Virus record (IMG/VR): IMGVR_UViG_3300032250_000339
Span: 1-37,652 of that record
Strand: one strand, 5' to 3'
Origin: a virus
Lineage: Duplodnaviria > Caudoviricetes
DNA length: 37,652 bases
Each line of letters begins with the position of its first letter. The stretch's first letter is position 1. The notes beneath the pieces were generated by a model that had not been told where the DNA came from, made no database searches, and was given only the letters and a program-made list of their open reading frames with translations. Below are positions 34,259 to 37,652 of this stretch, piece by piece. The translations under genes were made by a program, and so were the position numbers.

Positions 34259-35685
34259 CCGTCAATTGGCCAAGATGGAGCAAAATAATAAACGAGCGGT
34301 TTGTTGAGCTAACCACCAACACGGACCGCTACCTGATCCTGTACGGAGGCAGGGGCTCGTCGAAATCCGACTTCACCTCAAAGCAGCTCATATACCGCTG
34401 CCTTTCACATCGCTATTTCAAGTGCATTCTTTATAGAAAAAACTACAACAGCATAAAGGAATCGAGCTACGAGACGCTAAAGCAGCACATATACGACCTA
34501 GGCCTGGAGGCGCTGTTTGTTTTCAAGATTAACCCCCTTGAAATTATCTGCGTGAACGGTAACCGGTTCATAGCCCGCGGAGGCGACGATCCCAACAAGC
34601 TGAAATCAATCAAGGATCCGAGCTGCGTATGGTACGAAGAGGACATCCCCAACGAGGCGGACTTTGCGACCATCACCCTGACGATCAGAGGCGGCAAGGC
34701 GGACCTGCTGCAGGAGATATTTACAATTAACCCACAGGTCGAAGGCGACCACCGTGATAATTGGTTTTGGCGCCGGTTCTTCGAGAACGACAACGAGCTG
34801 AATTTTAGAAGGGCCATCGACGTACCCGTGGAGGGCAAAACGGTGACCTACAACTACACGGTCCACCACAGCACCTACTCGGACAACCGCTGGCTTTCAC
34901 AGGAGGTCAAAGCGCAGATAGAGGATTACAAAACAAAGAACCCCTATCTCTACTCGATATACGCAAAAGGGCTGTGGACCGCAAAGCAAACAGTCGGCAA
35001 CTTTTACAAAGCCTTCGACCGGGCAAAGCACACAGCACCGCTGCGCTACAACCCCGACCTACCGCTGCACGCATCGTTTGACTTCAATGTCAACCCCTAC
35101 TGCTCCTGCCAGGTTTGGCAATTGGACGGCAAAAAAGCCATGCTGGTAGACGAGATCGCAGCGACCTACCCGGACAACAGCACAAAAGGAGTGAGCCGAC
35201 AATTCATGCGCCGATATTTTGCACACAAAAGCGGGCTGTTTGTTTACGGCGATCCTTCCGGCAAATCAGAGGACACCAGGTCGGAGCGCGGGCAAAACGA
35301 CTTCAGGATCATAGCAGCGGAGCTGGCACCGCTGAAGCCGGCGTTCAGGATACACACAAAAGCACCGGCGGTCGTCATGCGCGGCAATTGGATCAACCAA
35401 ATATTATCAAGCAACGAAGGCGGCATCGAGATACAAATTAGCGACGCCTGCAAACACAGCATCGCGGACTATTCGTACCTCAAAGAGGCCAGCGACGGAA
35501 CCAAACACAAAGAGAAAACAAAGGATCCGGAGACGGGTGTGAATTACGAAAAATACGGCCACATGAGCGACTGTACCGATTATTTACTTACATTCGCTTT
35601 TATAACCGAGTACAATAACTACCAGCGTGGTGGTGCCTCCGCAGTGCCGAGCTTTGGTAAAAACCGCTCAAAAAATACATTTTAA
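34255..35685 (+). CDS. terL: Terminase large subunit (PBSX-like)
   Basis: Walker A YGGRGSSKS; Walker B VWYEE; TINP; HSTYSDN; nuclease SFDFN, YGDPSG, HMSDCTDY. Confidence 0.92.
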   Translation: MTVNWPRWSKIINERFVELTTNTDRYLILYGGRGSSKSDFTSKQLIYRCLSHRYFKCILYRKNYNSIKESSYETLKQHIYDLGLEALFVFKINPLEIICVNGNRFIARGGDDPNKLKSIKDPSCVWYEEDIPNEADFATITLTIRGGKADLLQEIFTINPQVEGDHRDNWFWRRFFENDNELNFRRAIDVPVEGKTVTYNYTVHHSTYSDNRWLSQEVKAQIEDYKTKNPYLYSIYAKGLWTAKQTVGNFYKAFDRAKHTAPLRYNPDLPLHASFDFNVNPYCSCQVWQLDGKKAMLVDEIAATYPDNSTKGVSRQFMRRYFAHKSGLFVYGDPSGKSEDTRSERGQNDFRIIAAELAPLKPAFRIHTKAPAVVMRGNWINQILSSNEGGIEIQISDACKHSIADYSYLKEASDGTKHKEKTKDPETGVNYEKYGHMSDCTDYLLTFAFITEYNNYQRGGASAVPSFGKNRSKNTF

Positions 35686-36567
35686 ATGGCATATCTTATA
35701 CCCAAGGATTACCAGGTAAACATCCAAGATACCAACCTGCAGCAGATTATAGCCAACGACGAAAGCATACGCCAACGCGCACAATTAGCAGGCGAAGCGG
35801 AGGCGCAAAGCTACCTAAAGCAGAAATACGACATTAGCCGCGAATTCCAGGACATAGAGCCGTTTAATTTCAACAAAACATACCTCGGCTTGCAACGGTT
35901 CTACCTTGACTCGAACAACACATACAACCCAGCAGCAACGTACAACACAAACGACTTGGTGCTTTATACCGGGCACGTATACGCGGCGCGAGTAGACGGC
36001 ATAACGGGAGTCTTCACACCGCACGATTGGCTAGATTTAGGACCGCAATACAGCATTTATAGCGTTACAATACCTTATCCCGAATTCCGCTACGACGGCG
36101 TATACAGGCAAGGCGACCAGGTATGGTGGAAAAACAAAACGTACACCTGCCAAAAGCCAACGCCGATCATGGACCACGACACAGCGCTGCAATACGGCTA
36201 CTACCAAAACCTACCGCTGCCAAACGTTGCACCGGACGATCCGACTGCAGGCTTGCAAAATTGGGGTACAGGAACGCTATACCAGGTGACGCAGGAACTA
36301 CCAACCAACGAAACCTACTACGCAGAAACGGACACCCGAGACGCTCAAATGGTTTTATATTGCTGCGACATTGTGCTGTACCACCTGCACACGCGCATAT
36401 CGCCACGCAACATACCCGAGCTACGCGTTAAGCGATACGATGACGCCATCGCATGGCTGCAAATGTGCGCAAAGGGAGACATTACACCGAACCTCCCCAG
36501 GCTGCAACCGCTGCAGGGGAACCGCATCCGCTGGGGATCCGCAATCAGACAAGGCAACAGCTACTAA
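35686..36567 (+). CDS. Head-tail adaptor (Mu gp36/DUF1320-like) with inserted CBM-like modules
   Basis: EAQSYLKQKYDI N-half and DIVLYHLH..ISPRNIPELRVKRYDDAIAWL C-half separated by a ~160-aa aromatic-rich insert. Confidence 0.8.
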   Translation: MAYLIPKDYQVNIQDTNLQQIIANDESIRQRAQLAGEAEAQSYLKQKYDISREFQDIEPFNFNKTYLGLQRFYLDSNNTYNPAATYNTNDLVLYTGHVYAARVDGITGVFTPHDWLDLGPQYSIYSVTIPYPEFRYDGVYRQGDQVWWKNKTYTCQKPTPIMDHDTALQYGYYQNLPLPNVAPDDPTAGLQNWGTGTLYQVTQELPTNETYYAETDTRDAQMVLYCCDIVLYHLHTRISPRNIPELRVKRYDDAIAWLQMCAKGDITPNLPRLQPLQGNRIRWGSAIRQGNSY

Positions 36568-36582
36568 ACCACACACACACAT

Positions 36583-36915
36583 ATGAAAAAAAAACAGTTA
36601 AATCAGATTAAAAGAACGGCGGAAGGGCTGCCACCGATGCATCAAATCGTAAACCAATACGCAAGGCTCAAAGGCGAAGAGCTGAAAAAAAACGGCGTCA
36701 TGCAGCTTAAGGACGGAGGCGTGGTCGACGACGGCAAAATATACATATCGGTGCGCGAGGACTTACACACAATAAACCACAGACGCCGAATAAAAAAACA
36801 ATTCCAGCGCTACGGCATGGCGGGCGTTATCAGTTACCGCCGCGCAGTACTTGAATACGCAGAACAAAATAAAAATAAAACAGCAAACTATGGCCAGCCT
36901 GATAAACAAAGTTAA
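36583..36915 (+). CDS. Hypothetical basic protein
   Basis: 110-aa ORF between adaptor and portal genes. Confidence 0.6.
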   Translation: MKKKQLNQIKRTAEGLPPMHQIVNQYARLKGEELKKNGVMQLKDGGVVDDGKIYISVREDLHTINHRRRIKKQFQRYGMAGVISYRRAVLEYAEQNKNKTANYGQPDKQS

Positions 36916-37652
36916 AAGCTATTTATTCCCGACACCGGACAACCCGCTAACAGGCGAACGCCCGAGTGATTGGCGCACCATGAAAGATCCGGAGCGCAAC
37001 CTTCGCAGCTACATCACACCGGTGCAGCTCCAGCGCATACGCACCGACGTGAACCTTTGGCGCGAAGCCATCACGGAAGCGGAGCAGGCGTGGTACCCAC
37101 ACCGCGTACGCATGCAGAGAATCTACATGGACACGGTCCTGAACGGCCACGTAGCAGCCTGCATGTCGCGCAGGAAGGAAATGACGCTGCTGAAGGAATA
37201 CAAGCTATGCGACGCCAACGGCGAAGAGAACGAAGAGTGGACAAAAGCCTTAAAAAAGGATTGGTTCTACAAATACTGCAACTACGTCCTCGACGCAGAA
37301 TTTTATGGCTACAGCCTCATAGCCCTAGGCGACATTATCGACGACGAATTCCCGAAGCTGACCACAATACGCCGATTTAACGTAAGCCCGGACCGTTTGA
37401 ACGTTACCAGCTACGTATACAGCCTTTCAGGCGCGCAATTCCTCGACGATCCGTACCGTTTGTGGCACGTTTGGGTGCCAACACCAACGGAGATTGGGGT
37501 ATCATTGGTAGGCTACGGCTTGCTTTACAAGGTGGCCCTTTACGAAATTATATGCCGCAACGTTCTCGGTTTCAACATGGACAGCGCTGAGCTTTACGGC
37601 ATGCCCATCAGAGTAGGCAGGACCGGCAAAACAACAGAAAGCGAACGCGGCG
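36890..37652 (+). CDS. Portal protein (DUF935-like), N-terminal part (MASLINKVKSYLFP...), continues at base 124
   Basis: Open frame from ATG 36890 to the window end; NGHVAACMSRRK, DAEFYGYSLI and GLLYKVA motifs; missed by the ORF track because its stop lies across the junction. Confidence 0.88.
   Translation, partial: MASLINKVKSYLFPTPDNPLTGERPSDWRTMKDPERNLRSYITPVQLQRIRTDVNLWREAITEAEQAWYPHRVRMQRIYMDTVLNGHVAACMSRRKEMTLLKEYKLCDANGEENEEWTKALKKDWFYKYCNYVLDAEFYGYSLIALGDIIDDEFPKLTTIRRFNVSPDRLNVTSYVYSLSGAQFLDDPYRLWHVWVPTPTEIGVSLVGYGLLYKVALYEIICRNVLGFNMDSAELYGMPIRVGRTGKTTESERG
37530..37652. repeat. 123-bp terminal direct repeat, copy 2
   Basis: Identical to bases 1-123. Confidence 0.95.

Larger units (their letters stand above)
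1..37652 (+). mobile_element. Complete (circularly assembled) myovirus-type bacteriophage genome, probable Bacteroidota host
   Basis: Full set of packaging, head, contractile tail, lysis and replication genes; exact terminal overlap; no bacterial housekeeping genes seen. Confidence 0.93.

Noticed and set aside
65-37150. Numerous minus-strand ORFs of 60-208 aa
   Set aside because: They shadow well-supported + strand genes, are Ser/Val/Phe/Cys-rich as expected from the antisense of A/C-rich codons, and show no recognisable motifs
36970-37380. 136-aa ORF in the track
   Set aside because: Off-frame overlap with the portal N-terminal coding region

Overview
The window is an apparently complete, circularly assembled ~37.5-kb dsDNA tailed phage genome. 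Bases 1-123 recur exactly at 37530-37652, so the unit length is 37529 bp, and the portal gene spans the junction. Every credible gene lies on the + strand. The virion module is a Mu-like myophage set: PBSX-type terminase, gp36-like adaptor, DUF935-like portal, MuF, ClpP-type protease/scaffold, capsid, DUF2586-like sheath, tube, frameshifting chaperone, short tape measure, baseplate and fibres. It is followed by a lysis cassette (holin-like genes, unimolecular-spanin-like lipoprotein, GH24 endolysin) and an APSE-like replication module (DUF2800 nuclease, DUF2815 SSB, family A polymerase, primase-VirE helicase, iteron-rich origin candidate, VRR-NUC, SNF2 helicase, ParB-fused methyltransferase). 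I recognised no integrase, transposase, CI-like repressor, tRNA or CRISPR array. A Bacteroidota host is inferred from TAnnTTTG boxes, A-rich leaders lacking Shine-Dalgarno sequences and signal peptides followed by Gln. The most notable candidates are: (1) a MuF head protein with a low-GC, GNAT-acetyltransferase-like C-terminal domain and an overlapping small ORF, a possible virion-delivered effector/immunity pair; (2) a tail-fibre-like protein and a lysis-cassette protein that both carry Sec signal peptides; (3) a methyltransferase with an in-frame G10 tract and an altered SAM-binding motif; (4) carbohydrate-binding-like inserts in neck and baseplate proteins; (5) apparent absence of GACCC/GGGTC with an excess of GGATCC. 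All family assignments come from motif recognition by eye, not database searches.
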